Source: an uncultured Actinomycetota bacterium
GTDB taxonomy: Bacteria > Actinomycetota > Humimicrobiia > Humimicrobiales > Humimicrobiaceae
Reading direction: 5' to 3'
Assembly (NCBI GenBank): GCA_964556165.1
Contig: CAZKVH010000003.1
Location: forward strand, 16,270 to 80,269
DNA length: 64,000 nucleotides
The notes beneath the pieces were generated by a model. It was not told the origin of the DNA, searched no databases, and was given only the letters and a program-made list of their open reading frames with translations. A program made the translations under genes and the position numbers. Positions 34,142 to 44,191 of this stretch are shown in pieces. Within the stretch, counting starts at the first letter, position 1. Every line of letters begins with the position of its first letter.

Positions 34142-35467
34142 ATGATTCTCCCGGTAACTTATAAGATTAATGAAAAAAAACATCTGGTTATTGGCGGAAA
34201 TGATATAGTCGAGCTAAAAGAAAGATATAAAACTCCACTTTATATCATGGATATTGCTACTTTAAAGAATCAGTGTGCAACTTATAAGAAGAGTTTTGAT
34301 TTTTCTGATATAAACGCTGGCATCATTTATGCCGCCAAAGCATTTATATGCACAGCAATGTGCCAGCTTATAGAAAAAGAAGGACTTGGATTGGATGTCT
34401 CTACCGGTGGCGAGCTCTTTATCGCTCTTAACAGCGGCTTTCCAGCGGAAAGTATTTATTTTCATGGTAATAATAAATCAGAGGAAGAAATACAGTATGG
34501 TTTAGAAAATAAAGTCGGATATTTTATGGTAGATAATTTTACAGAACTTGAGACACTGGGCAGATTATGCAGCCAGAATGGAGTAAAACAGAAGATTTTT
34601 TTAAGGGTAAATCCCGGAATTAAAGCAGATACGCACGAGTACATACAGACAGGAAAGGTGGATTCAAAATTTGGTTTTAGCATTTACAATAGAGCGGCAA
34701 TGGAGGCTGTTAAAAGAGCAGCAGAATATAAAAATCTTGAAATTTCAGGCATCCACGCTCATATAGGTTCTCAGATATTTAATGTATCCTGCTACGATAG
34801 GCTTATTGAAGTTATGCTAAAGTTTATAAGTGACATTAGAGATAAGATTGGCATATCGGTAAATAATATAGATATTGGTGGCGGGTTGGGTATAAAATAT
34901 ACACCTGAGGATATAACCACGAGTATAGAAGATTTTGCAGTGCTCGTTCATAAAGCAGTTATAAAATATCAGAAAAAATTTAATGTAGAATTAAGTAAAT
35001 TATACATTGAACCGGGAAGGTCAATTGTCGGTAATGCAGGGGTCACTCTTTATGAAGTTGGTACGATTAAGGATATAGATGGTTCAAAAAAGTATATTAT
35101 GGTTGATGGAGGTATGTCAGATAATATAAGACCCATGCTTTATAAGGCTAAATATAATGCTTATCTGGCAAATAAGATGGAGGAAAATGATAATTCTAAA
35201 GAAACAGGGAAATACAATTATTTAATAGCCGGCAAACATTGCGAGAGCGGGGATGTGATAATTAACGATATAAAATTACCACTGGTTTCCAGAGGTGATT
35301 TTATAGTCGTAGCAACAACGGGAGCTTATTGTTATTCAATGTCCAGTAATTATAACAGCCAGCCCAGGAGCGCGGTAGTTGCTGTCGAGGACGGAAAAAG
35401 CTGGGTCTGGGTAAAAAGGCAAACTTATAAGGATTTAGTGATGGGAGATGTTAGACTATATGAATAA
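34142..35467 (+). CDS. lysA: Diaminopimelate decarboxylase
   Basis: YAAKAF (PLP Lys), HGNNKS, SKFG, HAHIGSQI, EPGRSIV, DNIRP and CESGD motifs. Confidence 0.96.
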   Translation: MILPVTYKINEKKHLVIGGNDIVELKERYKTPLYIMDIATLKNQCATYKKSFDFSDINAGIIYAAKAFICTAMCQLIEKEGLGLDVSTGGELFIALNSGFPAESIYFHGNNKSEEEIQYGLENKVGYFMVDNFTELETLGRLCSQNGVKQKIFLRVNPGIKADTHEYIQTGKVDSKFGFSIYNRAAMEAVKRAAEYKNLEISGIHAHIGSQIFNVSCYDRLIEVMLKFISDIRDKIGISVNNIDIGGGLGIKYTPEDITTSIEDFAVLVHKAVIKYQKKFNVELSKLYIEPGRSIVGNAGVTLYEVGTIKDIDGSKKYIMVDGGMSDNIRPMLYKAKYNAYLANKMEENDNSKETGKYNYLIAGKHCESGDVIINDIKLPLVSRGDFIVVATTGAYCYSMSSNYNSQPRSAVVAVEDGKSWVWVKRQTYKDLVMGDVRLYE

Positions 35468-36788
35468 TGAAAATAAAAGCATGGATAATATCAATATTGG
35501 AATGATAGGCTTTGGATATATTGCCAGCGGCGTTTTTTCTCTTATTCAGGGGCAGAAAGATTATCTTGCAAAGAAAATAAGGAAAAACATTAACATTGTA
35601 AGAATCGCGGAGAGAAATTTAGAAAAGATTGACAGCTCTTTTCTAAAGAAGTTTAAAGATATAAAGATAAGCAGCAATGCAGATGACGTTATAGCAGATA
35701 AGGATATTGATATCGTCGTAGAGCTTATTGGAGGTATAGACCCTGCTTATGACTATATCTATAGGGCGCTGGATGCTGGCAAATATGTCGTTACCGCAAA
35801 TAAGGACCTTATTGCCAATAAGGGGGGAGAACTTTTTAAAGTAGCAGAAAAAAACAATGTCGACATATTATTCGAAGCGAGTGTTGGTGGAGGTATACCT
35901 ATTATAGGCCCCTTGAAATCTTCTCTGGCTTCTAACAACATAAATAAAATCGTAGGGATAGTTAATGGTACCACAAATTATATACTTACCCGTATGGAAA
36001 AGGATAACCTATCGTTTGATGATGCTCTGGCAAAGGCACAGGAGCTTGGTTATGCAGAAAAAGCAAATCCATCATCGGATATAGAGGGTTATGATGCCGC
36101 ATGTAAACTGGCAATATTGAGTACAATTGCCTTTAACTCAAGAGTTAATTTAAGTGATGTTTATAAGGAGGGTATAACAGGTATTTCGCATGACGATATA
36201 AAAAATGCTATGGATATGGGTTACAGAATAAAACTGCTCGCTATTGGTATTGAAGAAGATGGAGTAATTAGCGTCAGGGTACATCCCGCACTTATACCTG
36301 TAGACCACATACTTGCTTCAATTGAGGATACGTTTAATGCGGTATATGTTTATGGCAATTATGTTGGTGAGATAATGAGTTATGGAAGAGGTGCAGGAGA
36401 TAGGCCAACCGCAAGTTCTGTAGCGGGGGATATTATAAAAATTGCGAGGAGATTCGACCGTAAAAAGAAAGGCATAATTTACGGATGCAGCTGCTTTGAG
36501 AATAAAAAGTTTCGTTTGATAGATGATACGAAAAACAAGTTCTACATTCTTATGGATGTACTGGATGAGCCGGGTGTCCTGGCTAAAATTGCAGAGGTAT
36601 TTGGTGAAAATAAGGTTAGCATTAACTCAATGGTTCAGAAGCAAGTTAGCAAAGGGACAAGCGCAAGACTGATATTTATAACTCACGAAGTGCTAAATAA
36701 AAATCTATATAAGTCCATAAAAGAGATATCCAGACTTAATGTTGTCGATAAGATTTTAAGCATAATAAGGGTAGAAGATCTGGATTAG
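35460..36788 (+). CDS. hom: Homoserine dehydrogenase with C-terminal ACT domain
   Basis: GFGYIASG, VVTANK, FEASVGGGIP, NGTTNYIL, GRGAG and DEPGVLAKI motifs. Confidence 0.96.
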   Translation: MNNENKSMDNINIGMIGFGYIASGVFSLIQGQKDYLAKKIRKNINIVRIAERNLEKIDSSFLKKFKDIKISSNADDVIADKDIDIVVELIGGIDPAYDYIYRALDAGKYVVTANKDLIANKGGELFKVAEKNNVDILFEASVGGGIPIIGPLKSSLASNNINKIVGIVNGTTNYILTRMEKDNLSFDDALAKAQELGYAEKANPSSDIEGYDAACKLAILSTIAFNSRVNLSDVYKEGITGISHDDIKNAMDMGYRIKLLAIGIEEDGVISVRVHPALIPVDHILASIEDTFNAVYVYGNYVGEIMSYGRGAGDRPTASSVAGDIIKIARRFDRKKKGIIYGCSCFENKKFRLIDDTKNKFYILMDVLDEPGVLAKIAEVFGENKVSINSMVQKQVSKGTSARLIFITHEVLNKNLYKSIKEISRLNVVDKILSIIRVEDLD

Positions 36789-36842
36789 ATAGAAGTATAA
36801 CATTATTGATTTTTATGAGCCTTCAATCTTTGAAGGATATGA

Positions 36843-38327
36843 ATGATGTATTACAGAAGTACCCGCGGGTCTGATAATAATAAAAAATCTTCAGATGCAA
36901 TCATTAGAGGAATTGCATCTGATAGGGGACTTTTTGTCCCGGAAAGTTTCCCTGTTATTGATGTGTCTTTTGAAAGTCTTTTAGATCTTGATTACAAGGA
37001 TGTTGCATTATATGTAATTGGCAAATTTTTTACTGATTTTACACAGGAAGAACTTAGATACTGTATAGAAAAGGCTTATGATGAAAAATTTGATGATTCT
37101 GAAATAGCACCGCTGGTAGAAAAGGGCGATGTTTTTTTCCTTGAATTGTTCCATGGTCCCACCCTTGCGTTTAAGGACATGGCTTTATCCATACTGCCGC
37201 ATTTATTAAAAATAGCCATGTCAAAAAGTGGCGCAGGTAAGGAAATAATTATTCTAACTGCTACTTCAGGAGATACAGGAAAGGCGGCACTGGAGGGTTT
37301 TTCCAATGTTGAAGGGACGAAAATAATTGTATTTTACCCTGATGGAGGTGTAAGCCAGATTCAGGAAAGGCACATGAGAACCCAGAAAGGTGAAAATACA
37401 TATGTAATCGGGGTTAGAGGAGACTTTGATGATACACAACGGGGGGTAAAGGAAATTTTTTCTGACAGTGATTTTAACCTTATGCTGAATAGAAAGGGTT
37501 ATATTTTTTCTTCTGCAAATTCCATCAATATCGGCAGGCTTATTCCCCAGATAGTTTATTATATACATGCTTATCTAAAGTTAATAAAATTTGAAAAGAT
37601 TAAACCGGGAGAGCCGGTAAATATAGTCGTTCCAACGGGGAATTTTGGGAATATTCTGGCTGCTTATTATTCAAAGAAAATGGGGCTTCCCGCAGGGAAG
37701 TTTATATGTGCTTCTAATGAGAATAATGTGCTTTATGATTTTATAAAAACCGGTTCATATGATAGAAAGAGAAAACTAATACTGACCAGTTCGCCTGCAA
37801 TGGATATCCTGGTTTCCAGTAACCTGGAGCGGCTTCTTTATGATATTTCAGGAAACGATAGTACATTGATAAATAAGCTTATGGATGAGCTTGGTGAAAA
37901 AGGGGAATTTAAGATTACCGATGAGATGAAAAGAAGGATGGAAGATTTTTACGGCGGCTTTGCGACGGATGAAGAAACATATAAAACCATAAAGTTTGTA
38001 TTCTCGAACCTGAACTATCTTATAGATACCCACACCGCAGTTGGATATAATGTTTATAAGAAGTATTTAAAAGACAGTGGTGACGATACAAAAACAATTA
38101 TAGTTTCGACTGCAAGCCCCTTTAAATTCCCCGGGAGTTTGTGCACTGCACTGGATGAAAAATACAGGGGTATGGATGAATTTGCTTTGCTTCCTGTATT
38201 ATCGAAGATAACCGGGCTAAGGATTCCGGAAACAATAAAAAACCTTGAAAATAAAGAGATTCTTCACTCATCAGTTTGCGATCCAGAAGAGATGAAAAAT
38301 GTTATATCGGATATCCTGAGTTTGTGA
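36843..38327 (+). CDS. thrC: Threonine synthase (long form)
   Basis: YRSTR, ELFHGPTLAFKD, ATSGDTG, SANSINIGRL, VPTGNFGNI and STASPFKF motifs. Confidence 0.96.
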   Translation: MMYYRSTRGSDNNKKSSDAIIRGIASDRGLFVPESFPVIDVSFESLLDLDYKDVALYVIGKFFTDFTQEELRYCIEKAYDEKFDDSEIAPLVEKGDVFFLELFHGPTLAFKDMALSILPHLLKIAMSKSGAGKEIIILTATSGDTGKAALEGFSNVEGTKIIVFYPDGGVSQIQERHMRTQKGENTYVIGVRGDFDDTQRGVKEIFSDSDFNLMLNRKGYIFSSANSINIGRLIPQIVYYIHAYLKLIKFEKIKPGEPVNIVVPTGNFGNILAAYYSKKMGLPAGKFICASNENNVLYDFIKTGSYDRKRKLILTSSPAMDILVSSNLERLLYDISGNDSTLINKLMDELGEKGEFKITDEMKRRMEDFYGGFATDEETYKTIKFVFSNLNYLIDTHTAVGYNVYKKYLKDSGDDTKTIIVSTASPFKFPGSLCTALDEKYRGMDEFALLPVLSKITGLRIPETIKNLENKEILHSSVCDPEEMKNVISDILSL

Positions 38328-38419
38328 AGAATTTTGAGAAGAATACTGCATTATTTGTGTTATATCGCCGGTTTTTTTATCATTAATAATTATTACTAAA
38401 ATATAAGGATACGGGTTTT

Positions 38420-39634
38420 ATGAAGTACATAATAATACTTATGGATGGGGTAGCTGACTACAGGCTGGCAGAGCTGGGAGATAAGACACCCCTGGAGTTC
38501 GCGAATACCCCGGCTATTGATAGTATGGTAAGGAAAAGCAGGGTTGGTCTTGTAAAAACTGTTCCCGACGGTATGGCACCCGGAAGTGATGTTGCAAATC
38601 TTTCTGTTATGGGGTATGACCCAAAAAAATATTATACAGGTCGCTCATCGCTGGAAGCTGCCAGCATGGGTTTGATACTCTCCGAAAAAGATGTTTCCTT
38701 CAGGTGCAATCTTGTAACATTATCCCCTGAGAAGAATTATGAACAGAGGACCATGGTTGATTACAGCGCAGGGGAAATTTCTACCGATGAATCAAAAATA
38801 TTAATTGGACTCATTGGCAGTAAGCTTCAAACAGAAAAAATAAAATTTTATGCTGGTGTAAGCTACAGACATATAATTATATGGGAAGAAGGTATGGATA
38901 AAAATATTCTTACCCCTCCTCATGATATATCCGGGAAGAAAATTGCAGACTTTTTACCAGAAGGTCCTGCAGGCAGTGTTTTCCTGGATATGATGAAAAA
39001 GAGTTCTGTCATATTAAAAGAACACAGGATAAATAAAGAAAGGGTAAAGCGGGGTCTCAATCCTGCAAATTCAATATGGATATGGGGTGAAGCCAGGAGG
39101 CCTTCTATTGATAGTTTTTATAAAAAATATGGATTAAAAGGCTCAATAATATCAGCAGTAGACCTTATAAAAGGTATCGGTATTCTGGCGGGGCTTGATT
39201 CAATTCCGGTAGAAGGAGCAACCGGTACAATAGATACTAATTTTAAAGGGAAGGCGGATGCTGCAATAAATGAACTTACCGGTGGTAAAGACTTTGTTTA
39301 TATCCATCTTGAAGCTACTGATGAATGCGGACATCAGGGGGATATTAAAAATAAAGTCAGGGCAATCGAGCTGATAGACACCGGTATTATCGGACCTGTG
39401 AAAGAAGCAATGGACAGAGAAGGTTATGATTACCGTATTATGGTACTGCCGGACCACTATACACCTATTTCATTGAGAACGCATTCTTCGGAGCCCGTTC
39501 CCTTCTTGATTTATGACAGCAGTAAAATAATTGATAATAATCTGGAAGGATATGATGAATTTTCCACCGGAAAGACAGGTCTTTATTTTGATGAAGGCTG
39601 GAAACTTGCAGATTATTTCTTTGGCAAAGAATAG
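38420..39634 (+). CDS. Cofactor-independent phosphoglycerate mutase family protein (ApgM-like; proposed homoserine kinase by context)
   Basis: DGVAD, PGSDVAN (phospho-Ser), YTGR, HLEATDECGH and PDH.TP...TH motifs; directly after hom-thrC. Confidence 0.85.
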   Translation: MKYIIILMDGVADYRLAELGDKTPLEFANTPAIDSMVRKSRVGLVKTVPDGMAPGSDVANLSVMGYDPKKYYTGRSSLEAASMGLILSEKDVSFRCNLVTLSPEKNYEQRTMVDYSAGEISTDESKILIGLIGSKLQTEKIKFYAGVSYRHIIIWEEGMDKNILTPPHDISGKKIADFLPEGPAGSVFLDMMKKSSVILKEHRINKERVKRGLNPANSIWIWGEARRPSIDSFYKKYGLKGSIISAVDLIKGIGILAGLDSIPVEGATGTIDTNFKGKADAAINELTGGKDFVYIHLEATDECGHQGDIKNKVRAIELIDTGIIGPVKEAMDREGYDYRIMVLPDHYTPISLRTHSSEPVPFLIYDSSKIIDNNLEGYDEFSTGKTGLYFDEGWKLADYFFGKE

Positions 39635-39803
39635 GTCCAAAATCATTTGCAGCTATTTTATTATTATTATATTATTTCTAAGGTAAAAAAGGGTTTATAT
39701 TAATTAAAACTATATTTAATTAGAAGAAGAGTTTTTATTTTTATGGATTTTACGACTTAAATAAAATTTTTTTTAATAACTTTTAGAGTAAAGGAGTTTT
39801 AAC

Positions 39804-40700
39804 TTGGCAAGATGGAGTACTGCTAAGATAGTCGGAATTACTTTTCTCTGTCTATTTGTTCTTTTTTTGTTTTCAGGCGGATGTTTTGTCATGGGACTTC
39901 TCGGAAGAAACTTTAGCGGAACATCTTATTCCTACGTTGGTGGCGATTCAATTTATGAAATAAGAATTGAAGGAGTAATTTCAGCTGAAAAGTATTCCAA
40001 TATCTTAAGCGGTGGAACAGTTACTCCTGAAGAAATAATGAGCCAGCTTGATGAAGCCAAAGGTAACCCTGCCGTAAAGGCGATTCTGTTAAGAGTTAAT
40101 AGCCCGGGCGGAAGTGCAGCAGCTTCACAGGAGATATTTGAGGAAGTTAAAAAGGTTGAAAAACCTGTTGTAGTATCTGTTAGTGAAACATGTGCTTCGG
40201 GAGCGTATTACATTGCAAGCGCAGCTGATAAGATAATTGCCAATCAATCTTCTTCTGTTGGCAGCATCGGAGTTATTATGCAGATTCCGAACTACGAAGA
40301 ATTATATGAAAAGCTGGGATTAAAATATACTACTATAAAGCAGGGTGAGTATAAGGATGTAGGAAGTCCTGACAGGCCGCTTACCGCCGAGGAAATAGAG
40401 TTGTTCGAAGCTCAGCTGGATGTAATTTACAGGCAGTTTATATTGGATATTGCTGAAGCAAGGAATATGGATATAAAAAGGGTAGAAGAGCTTGCAACAG
40501 GATGGGTATTCCTGGGGTCGGAGGCCCTTGAGCTCGGTCTTATTGATGGTATAGGTAATTATAAAGATGCTGTGGAAGTGGCTGCAGAGCTGGGAGGAAT
40601 AGAGGGAGAGCCTGTTATAATAAAGCAGGAATTCACTTACTCGCTGATGGATCTGGTTTTTGGTTATTTTATTAATTCAGGTATTGAGAAGTTATTCTAA
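39804..40700 (+). CDS. sppA: Signal peptide peptidase SppA (36K type)
   Basis: N-terminal TM helix, RVNSPGGS, ASGAYYIA, VGSIGV and KQGEYKD motifs. Confidence 0.93.
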   Translation: MARWSTAKIVGITFLCLFVLFLFSGGCFVMGLLGRNFSGTSYSYVGGDSIYEIRIEGVISAEKYSNILSGGTVTPEEIMSQLDEAKGNPAVKAILLRVNSPGGSAAASQEIFEEVKKVEKPVVVSVSETCASGAYYIASAADKIIANQSSSVGSIGVIMQIPNYEELYEKLGLKYTTIKQGEYKDVGSPDRPLTAEEIELFEAQLDVIYRQFILDIAEARNMDIKRVEELATGWVFLGSEALELGLIDGIGNYKDAVEVAAELGGIEGEPVIIKQEFTYSLMDLVFGYFINSGIEKLF

Positions 40701-40799
40701 TAGTGTTTAAATAGAGGGTTATATAAACATGGATTCTGTATAAATGTAAGGTTGTTAGTCAGGTAAATTTTATAAAAATATATAATTTTTTAAAGAAAA

Positions 40800-41111
40800 A
40801 TGATTGAGAATATTATTAATCAAATCAAAGAGACCGAAGAGAAAGCAAAGGAAATTATAGCTTCTTCTAAAAAAGAATATAAAAAAATTATAGAGGATGC
40901 ATATAAAAGGTCTGAAGAAATTGTAAAAGAAGCTGAAGAAGAGACTAAATCTATGATTGCTGGAGCTGAGAAAAAAGCAAAGGATGAAGCAGCCATAGAA
41001 AAAGAAAAAATGGAAAAAGATTATAGCGCAAAGCAGGATGAAATAAGAAATATCTTTAATTCCAACTGCGAAAAAGCTATAGAGAAAATTATTCAGAGGA
41101 TTTTAGGTTAA
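40800..41111 (+). CDS. V/A-type ATPase peripheral stalk subunit G/H
   Basis: Charged coiled coil (IKETEEKAKEII) at the head of the operon. Confidence 0.75.
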   Translation: MIENIINQIKETEEKAKEIIASSKKEYKKIIEDAYKRSEEIVKEAEEETKSMIAGAEKKAKDEAAIEKEKMEKDYSAKQDEIRNIFNSNCEKAIEKIIQRILG

Positions 41112-43114
41112 TGGCAGTAGCTAAGCTAAGTAAACTTTTTATTATTTCACATAAATCTGATACGGAAGCAGTTCTTAAACAATTACAAAAAACTTCTATC
41201 TCTGTAGAAGTTTCTCCGTATACAGGGGAAATTAATCTGGATATTCCTGAATCCGGCGTGAGCAGGGAACACAATATTGAAGTAAAGAGTGCTCTGGAAA
41301 TTCTAGGTTCATATAAAGGGGGCAGTAAAGAAGAGATAAAAAAATCCTTAACACGTGCCGGCAAAATTGTAATAAAAAGAAGTGAGTACGAGGATATTTT
41401 AAAAAACAGAGATTTTGAAGGGATAATTAACAATATACTGGAAATTGGAGAAGAGATAGAGACTCTCAGCGATAAGATAGCCGGTACAGGGCCCGAAATT
41501 AAGCGGCTGAGGGATTGGGCTTGCTACAAGGGTAAACTTGAAGATATAGGGGAGACTGATACCAGCACTATACGGCTGGGTATTATAAGGTACAGGGAAA
41601 ATGATTATGAAGAAATAAAAAAGAATCTGGATGAAAATAATATTGTATGTGAAGAGTTATGGTCAGATAAAAACAGTGCCCGTGTGATTTTAGCCTATCA
41701 TAATCTGTTTGGAAAAGAAGCTGAAGAATACCTTGGGAGCATTAATTTTGAAGAAGCAGGGCTGGAAGGTTACAGTGGCACTATTGATGAGAATTTAAAT
41801 AAAATTAAAAAAAACGTAGATATGAGTGAAGAAAGAAAATCAAAATTACAATCTGAATTAAAAGAGATATCAGATAAGTATGAAAAAGTTTTGACTGTTT
41901 ACCTCGATTATATTGAAAATAACCTGGAAATCGAAGAGGCTGTAAGAAAGGGATTTTCAACGGAATCTGTTTCCTTTCACACTGCATGGGTAAAAAAATC
42001 GGAAGTGAAAAAAGCTTTTTCAATAATTGAAAGGTTTAAATCGGTAAAAGTAATGGAGATTCAGCCCGATGAAGATGAGAGCATACCGGTTATTCTTGAA
42101 AATAAACCGCTGTTTAAACCTTTTGAGATAGTGGTGGACCTTTATGGAGTCCCGCGTTATTTTGAGATTGACCCCACGCCTTTTGTTTCTTTATTCTTTG
42201 CTCTGTTTTTTGGGCTATGTCTTACCGATGCGGGATACGGGTTAATACTGGCAGCACTGGCTCTGATATTTTCCTATAAAATGAAAAGCGCCAGGAAATT
42301 CCTTATGTTAATTTTTGCCGGTGGTATCTTTTCTGTTTTTGCCGGAGCAGTCTTTAACGGATGGTTTGGCGATCTTCCACAGTATCTTGGGATGGAAGGC
42401 TTTTTCTCCAGACTGGCGATACTCGGGGACCCTGTTAAGTCAAATGAAGGTTCTATGAATTTTTTCAGGCTGGCGTTAGCCCTTGGAGTGGTTCAGGTAA
42501 TATTCGGACTTTTTATAAGCTTTTTTGATAGCCTGAAAAGAAAAGACTGGGAAGCTGCATTTTTTGATGGTCTCCCCTGGATAATTATTATAATACCGCT
42601 GGTAATAATTTTATTATCCTCTCAAATAGGAGTAAATATGAAGCTGGTTTCCAGTCCTATTTTCCCGGCAGGAGTTATGAAGATTCTTATATGGCCGGTT
42701 ATTATTGGTGCTCTAATGATTATTTTATTTAGTGCCCGGGATATGAAAAGCTGGGGATTTAGATTATTCATGGGAGTTCTAAACCTGACTGTGGTAAATG
42801 GACTTACTTCTTATCTGGGTGATTTTCTTTCCTATATCAGGTTGATGGCACTTGGACTGGTTACTGCAGGTATTGGAGTTGCCATTAATACCATAGCGTT
42901 CCAGTTAGGCTCGGTTCCGGTTGTAGGAATAGTAATATTGATTGTAATTCTGGTTTTTGGCCATATTGCAAATATCGGGATTAATGTTTTAAGCGGTTTT
43001 GTGCATACTTTAAGGCTGCAATATGTAGAGTTTTTCCCTAAATTTTATGCAGGAGGGGGAAGACCGTTTAGAAATTTAAGTGACGAACATAAATATGTAA
43101 CAATAATTGATTAG
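41111..43114 (+). CDS. ntpI: V/A-type ATPase subunit I (a)
   Basis: EIDPT, TDAGYG, SYIRLMALG (essential Arg) and HTLRLQYVEFF motifs. Confidence 0.95.
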   Translation: MAVAKLSKLFIISHKSDTEAVLKQLQKTSISVEVSPYTGEINLDIPESGVSREHNIEVKSALEILGSYKGGSKEEIKKSLTRAGKIVIKRSEYEDILKNRDFEGIINNILEIGEEIETLSDKIAGTGPEIKRLRDWACYKGKLEDIGETDTSTIRLGIIRYRENDYEEIKKNLDENNIVCEELWSDKNSARVILAYHNLFGKEAEEYLGSINFEEAGLEGYSGTIDENLNKIKKNVDMSEERKSKLQSELKEISDKYEKVLTVYLDYIENNLEIEEAVRKGFSTESVSFHTAWVKKSEVKKAFSIIERFKSVKVMEIQPDEDESIPVILENKPLFKPFEIVVDLYGVPRYFEIDPTPFVSLFFALFFGLCLTDAGYGLILAALALIFSYKMKSARKFLMLIFAGGIFSVFAGAVFNGWFGDLPQYLGMEGFFSRLAILGDPVKSNEGSMNFFRLALALGVVQVIFGLFISFFDSLKRKDWEAAFFDGLPWIIIIIPLVIILLSSQIGVNMKLVSSPIFPAGVMKILIWPVIIGALMIILFSARDMKSWGFRLFMGVLNLTVVNGLTSYLGDFLSYIRLMALGLVTAGIGVAINTIAFQLGSVPVVGIVILIVILVFGHIANIGINVLSGFVHTLRLQYVEFFPKFYAGGGRPFRNLSDEHKYVTIID

Positions 43115-43128
43115 TATTAGGAGGAAAA

Positions 43129-43593
43129 ATGACAGATTTATCGCTTGGTGTTACGGTTGCAATGTGTGGAGTGGGCTTTGCAGTTATTTTTGCCGGCATT
43201 GGTTCAATAGTTGGAATAGGATATCCTGCCAGAGCGGCAGCAGGCGTCCTTTCAGAAGACCCCGGCCGGTTCGGGAGCCTGTTCCTTCTGGTGGTTCTTC
43301 CGGGTACGCAGGGGTTTTATGGTTTTGTTGCTGCTTTTTTGCTTATTGGTAATATATCCAATATTGAAACCCTGGCGCAGGGCTGGCAGTTGTTTTTTGC
43401 CGCGCTGCCCATTGCTTTTACCGGTTTGCTTTCCGGGATTCATCAGGGCAAGGTATGTGCGGCAGGTGTTAACCTGGTAGCTAAAAGGCCCAAAGAGGTC
43501 ATGAAGGGAGTAATATATGCTGCTATGGTTGAGACCTACGCAGTGCTCGGCCTTCTGGTAACATTCTTTTTAAATAATCTTATAGAGTTCTAA
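43129..43593 (+). CDS. ntpK: V/A-type ATPase subunit K (c), 4-TM, Na+-binding signature
   Basis: LPGTQGFYG, SGIHQGKV and AAMVETYA motifs. Confidence 0.95.
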   Translation: MTDLSLGVTVAMCGVGFAVIFAGIGSIVGIGYPARAAAGVLSEDPGRFGSLFLLVVLPGTQGFYGFVAAFLLIGNISNIETLAQGWQLFFAALPIAFTGLLSGIHQGKVCAAGVNLVAKRPKEVMKGVIYAAMVETYAVLGLLVTFFLNNLIEF

Positions 43594-43606
43594 CAGGAGA
43601 TAATAA

Positions 43607-44191
43607 ATGTCAGAATTAGATAACGTTTCAAAAAAAGTTCTGGATGACGCAATCAAACAGAAAGAGCTTGAGCTGGAGGAAGCCAGAAAGAAAGCTTCGG
43701 AAATAATAGAGCAGGCAAAGAAAAGGGCCCTGCAGGTTCATCGTGAGGGTAAGCTTAAATCCTGGGATAAATATAGAGAAGATTTGAAGATTGAGTTGTC
43801 TAAAATCAAATCAAGTTTAAACCAGAAAATTCTCCTGTATAAAATAAATTTTGTTGATGATGTAGTGGAAAAGGCTAAAAATCGGCTGGAGGATATGGAT
43901 AAGGAAGATTTTAAAAAGATGTTCAAAAAATATATTGATGCCCTGGATATAAATGATGGGTATTACATCATAGGAAGTGAAGAAAAAAGGATTGACGGTA
44001 AAATGGTTGAGTCTGTAGCAAATCTAAAAAAATTAGACGAAGAACCTGATTTTAAGAAAGGAATTAAAATAATCAGCGGGAAAGCTGAATATAATATATC
44101 TCCGGGAATTTTAATTGATTCGGATATTGATGACATAAGAATGGAGATAGCCAGTGTCTTATTTGATAGCAGCAGGGGGAGCGATAGTTGA
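43607..44191 (+). CDS. ntpE: V/A-type ATPase subunit E
   Basis: Operon position, N-terminal coiled coil and GIKI..G-like C-terminus. Confidence 0.8.
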   Translation: MSELDNVSKKVLDDAIKQKELELEEARKKASEIIEQAKKRALQVHREGKLKSWDKYREDLKIELSKIKSSLNQKILLYKINFVDDVVEKAKNRLEDMDKEDFKKMFKKYIDALDINDGYYIIGSEEKRIDGKMVESVANLKKLDEEPDFKKGIKIISGKAEYNISPGILIDSDIDDIRMEIASVLFDSSRGSDS

